Below are positions 7,218 through 17,028 of a stretch of 64,000 nucleotides of DNA, in pieces. The notes under the pieces were generated by a model. It made no database searches. It saw only the letters and a list, made by a program, of their open reading frames with translations, and had not been told where the DNA came from. Origin of the DNA: Propionibacteriaceae bacterium UBA6238 (lineage in GTDB: Bacteria; Actinomycetota; Actinomycetes; Propionibacteriales; Propionibacteriaceae); assembly GCA_002441465.1 (NCBI GenBank), contig DJWE01000011.1, positions 3,211 to 67,210 on the forward strand, given 5' to 3'. Both the position numbers and the translations under genes were made by a program. Position 1 is the first letter of the stretch. The number at the start of each line of letters is the position of its first letter.

Positions 7218-9902
7218 TCAGAACAACCTCTCTGTAGACGCCCTGGCGGCGCTGCCCAGCCGGATAAGCTCAGACCAAGAGTTGATCAGTGCGTTGTATC
7301 GCTCCTGGTCGGACGTTCGTGCCTTCTTCGCAGCAACACGCTCCAGGCGATAGACCAGCGACCGCGCGGAGTGCTGGAGGTCACCCAATTCGCCGTACAG
7401 CTGAGCAGCTTCAAGTTCGCCGCCTCCGTCGATGAGGCGATCCGCGAGGTGATGGACGGCCTCCCAGGCAGTTGGTGTTGCATCGCTGGATGGCCGCCAC
7501 CTGCGATCAAGACCCCCGTGCCCCAGGAGCTGAACGCGGTTCCCAGCACTCGTAACGACAGATGCGCGCTTGACGTCATCAACGCTGATGCCAAGGGGGC
7601 GAGCAACTTTGTCCGCCTCGCCGAAGTCAGCAGATGCCCAGCCATGCGACTCCCACCAGCGGACAGCGAACCGGGACACCGGGTCGAGTTCGCCCTCCTG
7701 TTCGTCGAGCACTTCCCCGAGAGCAGTGTTGATTAGGCGGAGCGCCTGCTCCACGGAGACGCGCTCGCCCGATTGGTCCAGAACGGCTCGATAGCGGGAG
7801 TAGATGCGCATGCCGGGGCCCATGGCCGCTTGACCAAGGTCCACGGGCAAGATCGAGGCAGCCTGCAAGTCGTGAACGGCCGGCCCCAGCTCACGCCGTA
7901 GTGCCCGGTTGAAGTCGGTCAAACTGGAGGTCGTCGCCGAGGATTCGCGCGGCCGGCACACCATGACGATGTACGCGGCAACCGCATTCGTACCGATCCC
8001 GATCATACGGTTACCTTTGGTGCCATGTATCGGCCAGGTCCCCGTGATCTCGAGGTCAGCATCGACTATCGCGGTCAGGATGGACGACCATCGCGTCTCC
8101 TCCTCGCGTCCGCCCTTTTGCTCCTTTGAGGCATATACGATCAGCATCGGCAGGTCGTCGGCCATCGAACTGCGCAGGTTGTGGAAGGTGTCCGTGAACC
8201 CCTCTACGAAGTACTCCCGGGCCCTGTCCCCACTCCCTTGATGGTGCGAGGGTATGGCGGTCAGCTCTCCGGCCTTTGGGGCAGCGAGAGTCGCATAGAG
8301 GTCGGGATGCACGGCGCGCAGAGCTCGGCGGTGCCACATGTAGAAGTAGTCGGACAGGTCGGCATAGCCGATGGCGTCGAAATAGGGCGGGTCCGTCGCG
8401 ACCAGTCCCGGGCTGGTTGACTGGGTCTCACGGGCATCGCGGCGCTCGACCCGCCCTTCTCCTGGGACGACGTATTTCAGTGAGCCTGCCATTGAATTCA
8501 CAGCGCCCGGGAGCGAGCCGGCGCCGGCACGAGGAGTCAGTTCGGCGAAGTCCCACTGCATGGGCACGTCATGTCGGCCAAAGGCGGGGATCGGCTGCCC
8601 GCCGCCGGAACGTGAATCTATGAACCAGCGGACTTGGCTCGACTGGTATTGCGCCATGCGACCGAGAGCAAGGCCCAGCAGTGTCGTCACTGCATCGGCC
8701 CAGGAGCTCGTTCCACCGTCCGCGATGATCTCTGATCGGATCCCCGCGATCAGATCTGCGTGGCATGCGAGCGCTCGGAGCTGGCGCGGCGTGTACAGAC
8801 TCGCGAAGGTAGCGAACCCAAATCTTGGACCAGAGAACCAGCGCGGAATGTCGGGCTGTTGAACCTCGGGAATATCCTCCGGTGCTGCAACCAGACTCGC
8901 CGCCCGAGCCTCTCCAGAGGTTGGCGCCCGATACTCGCGACGGCTAACCCCCTCCTCACTTATGGCACCGAGCCTCAATCCGAGCGCGCCACGGCTCCCC
9001 TGCTCGATGAGTGCGTCTTCGTTCAGCAACGAGCCGCACTTCACACAGGTGAAGCTCGCACCACGGCCGACCTTCGTCGGTTCCGGGGCTTGACCCCTCA
9101 CTCGGCCCGTCACGACGTTGATGGCGAGCGAACCGTCTATAAACGAAGGCTCCATCCACGCGAGATCGCCTGGTCGTCGGGACAACCACCAGTTGGTTGT
9201 CAGCGGCACCTCCGCAAGGCAAGCTGGGTTGACGCACCTTGCCGTCCGAATCCAGTTCCAGGTAAGTACGGACTGCGACTCCCCGTAGAGCGGCCGGAGT
9301 TCCGCCCACGCCCGCTCGCAAATGCGATCGGCGTAGTACCGCAGGTCAGCCTCAAGTGCCTCCAGACCCGACCATGTCGCCGGCTGTGGAAGTAGCGAGT
9401 CCTCGTCGCTAGGCTCGATTGGCGCCACAGGCGAGGCCCCCCAGGCGCGCGGGCAGATCTCCGTCAACGTGCGCGAGATCAGTGCCGGTATGGGATTCAG
9501 GTCCGAGCCAAAGGACTCCAGACCGAGGCGCTGCGCCTCAACGAGTGTGGATCCTCCTCCGCAGAAAGGGTCCACAACAATCGGCGGGCCGCTTGGGTAT
9601 TGGCGCTGCAGTACCCGACGTGCTTCGGCCACGTCGTCCGGCGAGGGCAGGTCCGCTCCGTTCGCTACCAGCCGCTTCAGCAGATCTAGGAGGTAGACCC
9701 GCTGATTGTCGTCTTCGGGATCATCGACAAGGGCAGCGAAGAGCAACGCGCGCCATGCAGGGAGAGGCATCGGCGCCCACCACTTGTGGATGTTCCGGAG
9801 CGTCCCTGTCTTGCGGTCCTTGTCGGCTTTGCACGCAGCGTTAATCTCATCGAGCGGCAGGGCGACCTCAACTAGCTTTCGCCTACGACTGGTCGCGGTC
9901 AC
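7218..9902 (-). CDS. DUF1156-family DNA adenine methyltransferase
   Basis: KLVEVALPLDEIN...HKWWA N-terminus, DPFCGGGS (motif I), TDPPY (motif IV), Zn-finger CxxC insert. Confidence 0.9.
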   Translation of the reverse strand: MTATSRRRKLVEVALPLDEINAACKADKDRKTGTLRNIHKWWAPMPLPAWRALLFAALVDDPEDDNQRVYLLDLLKRLVANGADLPSPDDVAEARRVLQRQYPSGPPIVVDPFCGGGSTLVEAQRLGLESFGSDLNPIPALISRTLTEICPRAWGASPVAPIEPSDEDSLLPQPATWSGLEALEADLRYYADRICERAWAELRPLYGESQSVLTWNWIRTARCVNPACLAEVPLTTNWWLSRRPGDLAWMEPSFIDGSLAINVVTGRVRGQAPEPTKVGRGASFTCVKCGSLLNEDALIEQGSRGALGLRLGAISEEGVSRREYRAPTSGEARAASLVAAPEDIPEVQQPDIPRWFSGPRFGFATFASLYTPRQLRALACHADLIAGIRSEIIADGGTSSWADAVTTLLGLALGRMAQYQSSQVRWFIDSRSGGGQPIPAFGRHDVPMQWDFAELTPRAGAGSLPGAVNSMAGSLKYVVPGEGRVERRDARETQSTSPGLVATDPPYFDAIGYADLSDYFYMWHRRALRAVHPDLYATLAAPKAGELTAIPSHHQGSGDRAREYFVEGFTDTFHNLRSSMADDLPMLIVYASKEQKGGREEETRWSSILTAIVDADLEITGTWPIHGTKGNRMIGIGTNAVAAYIVMVCRPRESSATTSSLTDFNRALRRELGPAVHDLQAASILPVDLGQAAMGPGMRIYSRYRAVLDQSGERVSVEQALRLINTALGEVLDEQEGELDPVSRFAVRWWESHGWASADFGEADKVARPLGISVDDVKRASVVTSAGNRVQLLGHGGLDRRWRPSSDATPTAWEAVHHLADRLIDGGGELEAAQLYGELGDLQHSARSLVYRLERVAAKKARTSDQERYNALINSWSELIRLGSAARASTERLF

Positions 9903-12900
9903 TTCTGGCTCATTTCTGTTGCTTCGTTCCAGAACGGCTCCCAGTCATAGTCGACACTCGCCGCTCGCGGATCGATAGGTTCGGTGATGGGTTGGCGAAG
10001 GTACCGGACGGTGGTTGAGTCGTCCTCGGCCACGCGGACGAGCGCGAGTACCGACCGTTCCCCCTTGTTCAGAGCGGTCACGGCTTCGCGCCGCTTGAGT
10101 TGGAAGGTCGTGCCGCCCTCGATACGTCCCTTGACCTCGATGAAGTCGAGCCCAAGTGGGGTTTCAGACTCGATGTCGTAGCCGGGATTGTTGTGTGGCA
10201 TCTCGGACGGGGCGTGCCCGAGGGCATGCTCCACCCGGAGGACCGCGTCGACGGCGATCCGTTCGATCCGGGTCGTCTCTCGCGCGCGTTGATCAGCAGC
10301 TACTGGATCGTCCTGTGCGTCCAGCCATCCTCGCGGTACGACAAGGCAGGCGCCAGTAACCCTCGGCGGACGAACCGAGATCTCGCGCTCCTTCTCGAGT
10401 TCCTTCAGCCGGCGATCCAACCGGCGCACGAGGTTGTCGGCGCGTTCCTTCATCTGGGCGGCAGGAAGCCGGGTCTTGCGGCCGGCACGTTCGCGTTCGG
10501 ACAGCTCGAAGGCTCGACGATCCCAGTAGGTGATCTCCCGATTGAGCCGCTCGCGCACGAGGCGTTCGGTCTTGTCGAGCCTGGCGAGCGTCCGCTCACG
10601 GACTTGCTCAGCGTGTTCTCTGGCGAGGGTGGTCGAGGCGGTACGGATGACGCGCTCGTCCAGGTCGGAGGCCTTTGCCCACGGCTCGGCAAGGATCGGA
10701 GTCACTTGGGCACGTTCGTCATCTGATGGTGGCTCGAAGTCGGGCAACGGCGACCCGTCAAGGGGCGAGATCGTCCCGTCGTGGTCGATACGGACGAACT
10801 GGGCTTTGCGCGACACAACGAGGGGCTGACCATCGCGGCCGGTGCGCCCGTCGATGACGTCGTGCTCGAGTAGGCAGACGACGTACGGCTGGGTACCGAC
10901 GTCTGATCGGTCTAGAAGGATGGCGCCGCGACGGAGCGCGTCCTGGTGCCGGTCGGCGATGACGCTCACAGTGGCGACCATCAGTGGATGGCCCGGGTGG
11001 ATGAGGGTGGCGACGTGGTTGTTGCCTGGCACCTTGACGTACTTCGGGTCGAACGCGACCCGGTGGTAGGAGTCAACGACCGGCTGGCCGTAGCCTGTTA
11101 TTCGGTCACGTTCCTTGACCTCGGTGGGAACTCGACGGATCTCGAAGCGGTGGCTCTCCCTGATGCGGAGGGAGCCGCCGACGTCAGCGAAGGCGCGGTG
11201 GAAGAACGCCTCCACGTGGTACGGCTGGAGCCTCGCAACCTCTGCGCGCTCCATCTCCTTCCGAGTTTCCGCGATCTCCGCGGTCTCCATGTGGGAAGGG
11301 ACCAGCTGCTGGCGGGCAAGGATCTCCGGGATGCCCTCGGAGACCTTCGGGTTCACAACCTCGTCGAGGTATCGCTCGCGTTCGGGGGCGTCGGCAATCC
11401 TGATCGCTTCGATCATTAGGTCGCGAAGCGAAGTGCCCTCGAACAGCTGCCCGAGGACGTTGTAGACCCGGCCGTCCAGCCGGCGGCGCTGCTCTTCGAG
11501 TTTGTCGAGGAGCCGGCGGTAGACGTCACCTTCGCGAGTGTCTTTCGCGGCTAGTGACCACATGAAGCAGGTGTGGAGCTGACCGATGCGGTGCACGCGT
11601 CCGAATCGCTGTTCGATGCGATTCGGGTTCCAGGGCAGGTCGTAGTTGATGACGAGATGAGCGTTGCGATGGAGGTTGATGCCCTCGCCGGCGGCGTCGG
11701 TCGCGATGAGGAAGACGCACTGCTCGTTCTGTTCGAAGATCTCCTTGGCCTTCAGGCGGTCTTCGCGTTTGGTGCCGCCGTGAATGGTGACCACCGCGTC
11801 GCCTCGACCCAGGTGCTGGGTGAGGCGGGCGACCAGGTCGTCGAGGGTGTCTTTGTGCTCGGTGAAGATGATGACCTTCCGGCGTGCGCCGGTGTCGTCG
11901 CGCATCTCGTCGGAGTCGTCGAGAGTGTCACGAAGCGCGTCCCACTTGGCATAGGTGGGCGACGACTTCACGGCCGCCGACTTGACGAGGATCCGGTCGA
12001 GAACCGCGATCTCAGTTGCGAGTTCCTCAGGCGTGCGGGATGCAGTGGCGCCGGCGATGGCCTTGTCCTCGACGGCCTCGCGTTCCTCGTCCGTGAGGTC
12101 ATCTAGGTCATCCCAGTCCGGGATGTCCACGTCGTCGCTGATTGCGGACGCGCGCAAGCGAGAGTCCTCCAGCTCTGACTCCAATCGCTTGCGCCGGCGT
12201 TCCAGGGATCGGTGAATCGCCGCAGGTGACGACGCGAGGCGACGCTGCAGCGTGGTGAGGGCGAACCCGACGGTGTTGCGCCGCCGGCCGTCGCCACTCA
12301 TCTCATCGACGCGGTTCATCTCATGGACCACGTAGTCGGTGACGGCGTTATAGAGATCCTTCTCGGGCTGGGTGAGCTCGTACTCGACCGTGTTGGCGAA
12401 CCGCTCAGGGAACAGTCGCGTGCCCTCGAAGGTGAATAGCTCTTCTTTGACCAGGCGACGGAGCAGGTCGGAGACATCCACCTGGCGGGTGCCTTCCCGG
12501 GCAACGCCCTCGAACCGGTCGGAGTCGAGGAGCGCCATGAACAGCTGGAACTGCTCCTCCTTCCCGGTGTGAGGGGTTGCCGTCATCATCAGGACGTTCT
12601 GTGCGTGCGTTCCGAGCTCCTCGGCCATCTGGTAGCGCTTGGTCTTCTTGACCTCGCCGCCGAACACCGATGCAGACAGCTTGTGCGCCTCGTCGAAGAT
12701 GATCAAATCCCAGTCGACCTCGCACGCCTTGTCGAGGATGCCCTCGCTGTTGCGGGCCAGAACGTCCAAACGTGCCAGCCATAGACCGCCGCGGGAGAAC
12801 GGGTTAGCCTCGTGGATGATCTTGTCGCGGGTCAGGATCTCGAACTCCAGCCCGAACTTTTCCTTCGATTCTTCATCCCACTGATCGACGAGTGAGCCCG

Positions 12901-13390
12901 GTGCAACGACCATCACGTTGGCGGCCGCTCCGCGCAGTCGGAGTTCCTTGATGAGCAGGTCGGCCATGATGGTCTTGCCAGCGCCGGGGTCGTCGGCGAG
13001 GACGTACCTGAGCGGCTGCTTCTGAAGCATGATGTCGTACACCGCGCGAAGTTGATGCGGAAGCGGACGAACATCGCTCGTCCCGAGGGCACCTTGTGGA
13101 TCGAACAGGTGGGCCAGCTGCATCCGGCGAGCCTCGGCAGCCAGCAGGAACGCGTTCGGGTCGGCGTCGAAGGTGAACGGCAGCCCGGGCTCGACTGCCT
13201 CGACGCTGGTGAGGGAGTCGCCGTAGACGATCTTCTCGACGATGCCGCTCTCGGTTCGGTATGCAACCGAGGCGGAGTCGTCTGTCAGTCGCTCGACGGC
13301 CAAGATCTTCACCGGCGTGGCGCCCGCGAGCCCAGTCACCGTGGCCCCGGCCTTCAGCACAGCGAAGACCGACGCGGCCGTGCTCGTCAC
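9899..13390 (-). CDS. SNF2-family helicase with C-terminal DUF3883-type nuclease domain
   Basis: LADDPGAGKT, DEAH, TATPH, GEGINL, QRFGRVHRIGQ; C-terminal PGYDIES...FIEVKG. Confidence 0.9.
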   Translation of the reverse strand: MTSTAASVFAVLKAGATVTGLAGATPVKILAVERLTDDSASVAYRTESGIVEKIVYGDSLTSVEAVEPGLPFTFDADPNAFLLAAEARRMQLAHLFDPQGALGTSDVRPLPHQLRAVYDIMLQKQPLRYVLADDPGAGKTIMADLLIKELRLRGAAANVMVVAPGSLVDQWDEESKEKFGLEFEILTRDKIIHEANPFSRGGLWLARLDVLARNSEGILDKACEVDWDLIIFDEAHKLSASVFGGEVKKTKRYQMAEELGTHAQNVLMMTATPHTGKEEQFQLFMALLDSDRFEGVAREGTRQVDVSDLLRRLVKEELFTFEGTRLFPERFANTVEYELTQPEKDLYNAVTDYVVHEMNRVDEMSGDGRRRNTVGFALTTLQRRLASSPAAIHRSLERRRKRLESELEDSRLRASAISDDVDIPDWDDLDDLTDEEREAVEDKAIAGATASRTPEELATEIAVLDRILVKSAAVKSSPTYAKWDALRDTLDDSDEMRDDTGARRKVIIFTEHKDTLDDLVARLTQHLGRGDAVVTIHGGTKREDRLKAKEIFEQNEQCVFLIATDAAGEGINLHRNAHLVINYDLPWNPNRIEQRFGRVHRIGQLHTCFMWSLAAKDTREGDVYRRLLDKLEEQRRRLDGRVYNVLGQLFEGTSLRDLMIEAIRIADAPERERYLDEVVNPKVSEGIPEILARQQLVPSHMETAEIAETRKEMERAEVARLQPYHVEAFFHRAFADVGGSLRIRESHRFEIRRVPTEVKERDRITGYGQPVVDSYHRVAFDPKYVKVPGNNHVATLIHPGHPLMVATVSVIADRHQDALRRGAILLDRSDVGTQPYVVCLLEHDVIDGRTGRDGQPLVVSRKAQFVRIDHDGTISPLDGSPLPDFEPPSDDERAQVTPILAEPWAKASDLDERVIRTASTTLAREHAEQVRERTLARLDKTERLVRERLNREITYWDRRAFELSERERAGRKTRLPAAQMKERADNLVRRLDRRLKELEKEREISVRPPRVTGACLVVPRGWLDAQDDPVAADQRARETTRIERIAVDAVLRVEHALGHAPSEMPHNNPGYDIESETPLGLDFIEVKGRIEGGTTFQLKRREAVTALNKGERSVLALVRVAEDDSTTVRYLRQPITEPIDPRAASVDYDWEPFWNEATEMSQK

Positions 13391-13634
13391 TGTGTTCGTC
13401 TCCTGATCGATGCTCTCCCTTGGGGAACCTTAGCGACCGGTGCTGACAACGGCGGCCATTGAGATCAGTGCGGCCCGAGATCAGAGCGAAGATCGCCCCG
13501 GTGGCCGTTGATCGCGATGGCGGCCAACTGGATGAGGCGGCCGGCGGCGGCCGAGCTGAACCAGCCGGTAGCGCGGCGGTGACCGACTCGGCGCGGTCTG
13601 ATCGCTATGGTCGGGATCGCGGGAGAGGTGAGGT

Positions 13635-14669
13635 GTGAAAACGAACGCAGCCAGCATGGGACCGGCACGGACGTGGGGGCCGTGGACCGAGGCGAAGCTG
13701 GACGCGCTGGAGAGCTACCTGCAGGGTTTCACTCGTGCCTCTGCCAGGGCGCGAGGAACGCTATACCTTGATCTCCTGAGTGGCAGCGCCTCGAATGTGC
13801 ATCGCCGGACGGGCGCGCCGATCCGAAACTCGGTGGAACGGGCTCTGGCCACTAATCCCCCGTTCAGTAGAGTGGTGGCCTGTGAGCTGAACGCCGCATC
13901 CGCTCAAGATCTTCGAACCAAGATGTGCGCGCAGTTCCCGGGAAGAGACTTCGTTGTTCTCGAAGGCGACTGCAACATCGAGGTTCCCAAGTATCTCCAC
14001 GATCTCGCCAAGGATGATCCTGGATGGAGGCAGGCGCCCTCCTTTGCTTTTGTTGATCAATTCAGCGCTGAGATCTCTTGGAGCACCTTGGTCGAACTCG
14101 CGGAATTCCGAACAGCGAACTGGCAGGGGAAGCACCGAAAGACCGAGTTGTGGCTGCTCTTCGGTGACTCATTCATTCCAAGAGGGCTGTCTGGGGTCGA
14201 TGGCGACCCGAGCAAGCCGGTCAAACCTGAGTACGCCGAACGTGTTGATCGGATGTACGGCGGCCAGCAGTGGAGGGACATCCTGTGCGGACGTCAACAG
14301 GGGCTGCTCGACCGGTCGCAGTGGCGCTTGGAACTTGTGAACCTCATGCGATGGCGCCTTGAACACGATCTTGGCTACGCCAGCACCATCCCACTTGCTG
14401 TCCCCCGGGAGACCGGCCAGGTCCTGTACCACATGATCTTCGCGACAGACGAGCAGGTTGGCGATCGCATCATGACTCAGGTACTTCGCAACGCTGATCA
14501 GGCGCTGGCACAGATGAAGCAGGACGCCAAGGTCCGGCAGCTGAACGCAGGCGATGCGTTGTTCGATATCTCGACGGAGCATCTCGCTCCCGACAAGCTA
14601 GGGACTTCGTTCAGATCGGAGCCACCGCTCTGGCCGTGGAAGCTGCCAAGCTCTCGCCTTGATAGCTGA
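13635..14669 (+). CDS. tcmP: Three-Cys-motif partner protein (TcmP family, methyltransferase-like fold)
   Basis: WGPWTEAKLDALESYL, YLDLLSGS, GDCN, FAFVDQF, LYHMIFAT; adjacent to DUF5131. Confidence 0.8.
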   Translation: MKTNAASMGPARTWGPWTEAKLDALESYLQGFTRASARARGTLYLDLLSGSASNVHRRTGAPIRNSVERALATNPPFSRVVACELNAASAQDLRTKMCAQFPGRDFVVLEGDCNIEVPKYLHDLAKDDPGWRQAPSFAFVDQFSAEISWSTLVELAEFRTANWQGKHRKTELWLLFGDSFIPRGLSGVDGDPSKPVKPEYAERVDRMYGGQQWRDILCGRQQGLLDRSQWRLELVNLMRWRLEHDLGYASTIPLAVPRETGQVLYHMIFATDEQVGDRIMTQVLRNADQALAQMKQDAKVRQLNAGDALFDISTEHLAPDKLGTSFRSEPPLWPWKLPSSRLDS

Positions 14670-14807
14670 CGGAGCCTTCGCCCTGGCGTGCGAGCGAGCG
14701 CCGCTGATGCTCGGATGGGTCGGGGGATGATGGTCGTGCTGGAGTGCGTCCTTGCTCGGGTGTGTCCTCGATGTGACAAGGTTAGGACGACTCAGACGCG
14801 TGTCGAA

Positions 14808-14823
14808 TCGAACAAGTATGCGA
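14808..14823. promoter_or_regulatory. Degenerate actinobacterial LexA (SOS) box
   Basis: TCGAACAAGTATGCGA versus consensus TCGAAC-N4-GTTCGA (2 mismatches in the right half), 21 bp upstream of the DUF5131 ATG. Confidence 0.35.
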
Positions 14824-14844
14824 ATAGACTCCTAGGATGCGGAC

Positions 14845-15618
14845 ATGTCGGACAAGAGCGCCATCGAGTGGACCGAGGCCACATGGAACCCGACCACGGG
14901 ATGTGATCGGGTCTCTGCCGGCTGCGACAATTGCTACGCGCTTGCTCTCGCGAAGCGCCTGAAGGCGATGGGGAATCCGAAGTACCAGACCGACGGAGAC
15001 CATAGGACAAGTGGGCCCGGGTTCGGGGTAGCTGTGCATCCTGATGCGCTGTTGATCCCACACTCGTGGAAGCGCCCGCGGCTGGTGTTTGTCAATTCGA
15101 TGAGTGACTTGTTCCATGCCAAAGTGCCGATGGAGTTCATTCAGCAGGTATTCTCCGTGATGAAGGACACTCCGCGTCACACGTATCAGATCTTGACCAA
15201 ACGGGCGCATCGGCTCGCTCGTATCGCCGATCAGCTGGACTGGCCGACAAACGTGTGGATGGGCGTCAGCGTCGAATCCGCCGATCATTTCGACCGGATC
15301 CACGACCTGGCCCGTGTCCCTGCGGCCGTACGTTTCCTGTCCTGTGAGCCGCTACTCGGGCCGCTTCCCGAAATTCCACTTGGCGGCGTCGATTGGGTTA
15401 TCGCTGGAGGGGAGAGCGGGCCGAACGCGCGGCCTGTGGACGCTCATTGGATTCGTCAGTTACGGGACGACTGCGTTTCCTCCCGCACGCCGTTCTTCTT
15501 CAAACAATGGGGTGGCATTCGCGCCAAGAGCGGCGGCCGTGAACTAGACGGTCTCACTTGGGATGAGATGCCCTCACTCCTTACCGACGAACAGTCGCCC
15601 GCTGGAGCCGACCGGTAG
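14845..15618 (+). CDS. DUF5131 (phage Gp37/Gp68-like) three-Cys, radical-SAM-related protein
   Basis: IEWTEATWNPTTGCDRVSAGCDNCYA, FVNSMSDLFH, QILTKR, SCEPLLGP, WVIAGGESG, FFFKQWGG. Confidence 0.92.
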   Translation: MSDKSAIEWTEATWNPTTGCDRVSAGCDNCYALALAKRLKAMGNPKYQTDGDHRTSGPGFGVAVHPDALLIPHSWKRPRLVFVNSMSDLFHAKVPMEFIQQVFSVMKDTPRHTYQILTKRAHRLARIADQLDWPTNVWMGVSVESADHFDRIHDLARVPAAVRFLSCEPLLGPLPEIPLGGVDWVIAGGESGPNARPVDAHWIRQLRDDCVSSRTPFFFKQWGGIRAKSGGRELDGLTWDEMPSLLTDEQSPAGADR

Positions 15619-16723
15619 GGACCTCGCCCACCACCCCTTGGCCGTTGAGGCGTTTGAGTGCTGACCGAATGTGCTTCTCGCGCGCAAGCCCAAGCGTTCG
15701 ACCCATGACCTCCCCCAGCCTCTCCTGGATGACCAGGACGTCGGCCGCTCCGAGAAGCCGCTCAATGTTGTCCGCGATCTCCAGAACCCAGGCGTCCTCG
15801 TTGTCATCGAAGTCGAGACCTCGCAACTGGCCTTGCCCGCCCATCGCGAGTTCTCGCTTGTCGACGAGCCACTGTCGCCAGTCTCTGCGAGCGAAGGACA
15901 TTGCTTCGGACATCTCCCACAGGCCGTCTGGGTGGCGCGTGAAGAGGATCAGTTCGTACACCGGCTCAGCTTCCAGAGAGTCGGCGACAGCGACGGTGAT
16001 GAAACCCCCGTATCCCGCGGCCGCGGCGATTCGCCTCGCATAGCCCAGGAGGATCTGGTTGACCCAGCCTTGGGCCTCATCTACCGCCAGTTGACGCCAC
16101 CAGGCGCCTCCAAGAGCCGAGTCGAGGGCCTCGAGCTGGGCGTCCTTGGCGCGATACTCCTTGTCCGACTTCGCAACACCCGAGATCCGGCGAATCGCTT
16201 CGTAGGAGAAGTTGAGAAGCAGCTCAGTCCTCGGCTGAAGCCGGGCCGACCGTCCGCGCACTTCGCGCGCCTTGAGGATGTGGACGACCCGATCGAAAGA
16301 GACCGTCAGGCCATAGGGGTCGAGGAACACGAACAGTGGGAGTTCACCGGCGGAGGCGAGCACGCTGTCGATGTGCTGTTCGATCGGGCCGGGGAGAACG
16401 TCATAGGTCCTCGGGTCAACCTGCTTGTCCTCGAGCATCTGCCTGAGTCGCGCGCAGTACTTGGCGTCCTTCTCGCTGAACACCGTGTGGACAGATCGCA
16501 GTTGTGCCATCGCTACCGCCGTATCAACGAGGATCTCGGGTGACCCTGGCTGGTCGTCCTCGTACCGTCCAGGGCCTGAGTAGGCGTCGTACAGGATCAC
16601 CCTCTTCCCCTGTGATGTAGAACCCACCTTGCCCACCCATACCGGTATGTAGCTCTTTAACAACCTGTGCTTGTAGATGGCTGCCGCTTGAGGGGACAGA
16701 AAGAAGCTCTTGTTGTTGCTCAT
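15581..16723 (-). CDS. tcmP: Second TcmP-family protein
   Basis: Starts MSNNKSFF...AAIYKHRLLKSYI, then LYDAYSGPGRY...GSP, FVFLDPYG, TELLLNF, YELILFTRHPDG. It is the C-terminal 380 aa of the listed 788-aa ORF, whose 5' part is spurious. Confidence 0.8.
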   Translation of the reverse strand: MSNNKSFFLSPQAAAIYKHRLLKSYIPVWVGKVGSTSQGKRVILYDAYSGPGRYEDDQPGSPEILVDTAVAMAQLRSVHTVFSEKDAKYCARLRQMLEDKQVDPRTYDVLPGPIEQHIDSVLASAGELPLFVFLDPYGLTVSFDRVVHILKAREVRGRSARLQPRTELLLNFSYEAIRRISGVAKSDKEYRAKDAQLEALDSALGGAWWRQLAVDEAQGWVNQILLGYARRIAAAAGYGGFITVAVADSLEAEPVYELILFTRHPDGLWEMSEAMSFARRDWRQWLVDKRELAMGGQGQLRGLDFDDNEDAWVLEIADNIERLLGAADVLVIQERLGEVMGRTLGLAREKHIRSALKRLNGQGVVGEVPTGRLQRATVRR

Positions 16724-17028
16724 GCCTTGGGTTCCTCGATGAAGGGCTGCTCTCAGGGTAATGGCGCCGGGGCTCCAGAGTGTGCAGATGCCCCTCTCCG
16801 CACGGGAGCACTCGCGACGAGCCGCGCTCGAGGGGGAGAGCGCTGACACCTTTGTTGCATGAGGCCGTCTAGGGTTGCGCGCATCCGCTCTTCGCAACCA
16901 CCCCAGCAGCGGCGCCAGGATCTGCGCTCCGCGTGCCAGGCCGATCGACGGTCCGTGGCGGCCGTTCGTGTCAACGCCGGTCGAATTTTGACCCCTTATC
17001 GCCGGTTGAATGTTGACCCCCTGCGGGG

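Noticed and set aside
14845..15618. Prophage, based on the phage Gp37/Gp68 family name and the L5-like integrase
   Set aside because: No capsid, terminase, tail or lysis genes; the transfer genes indicate an ICE.
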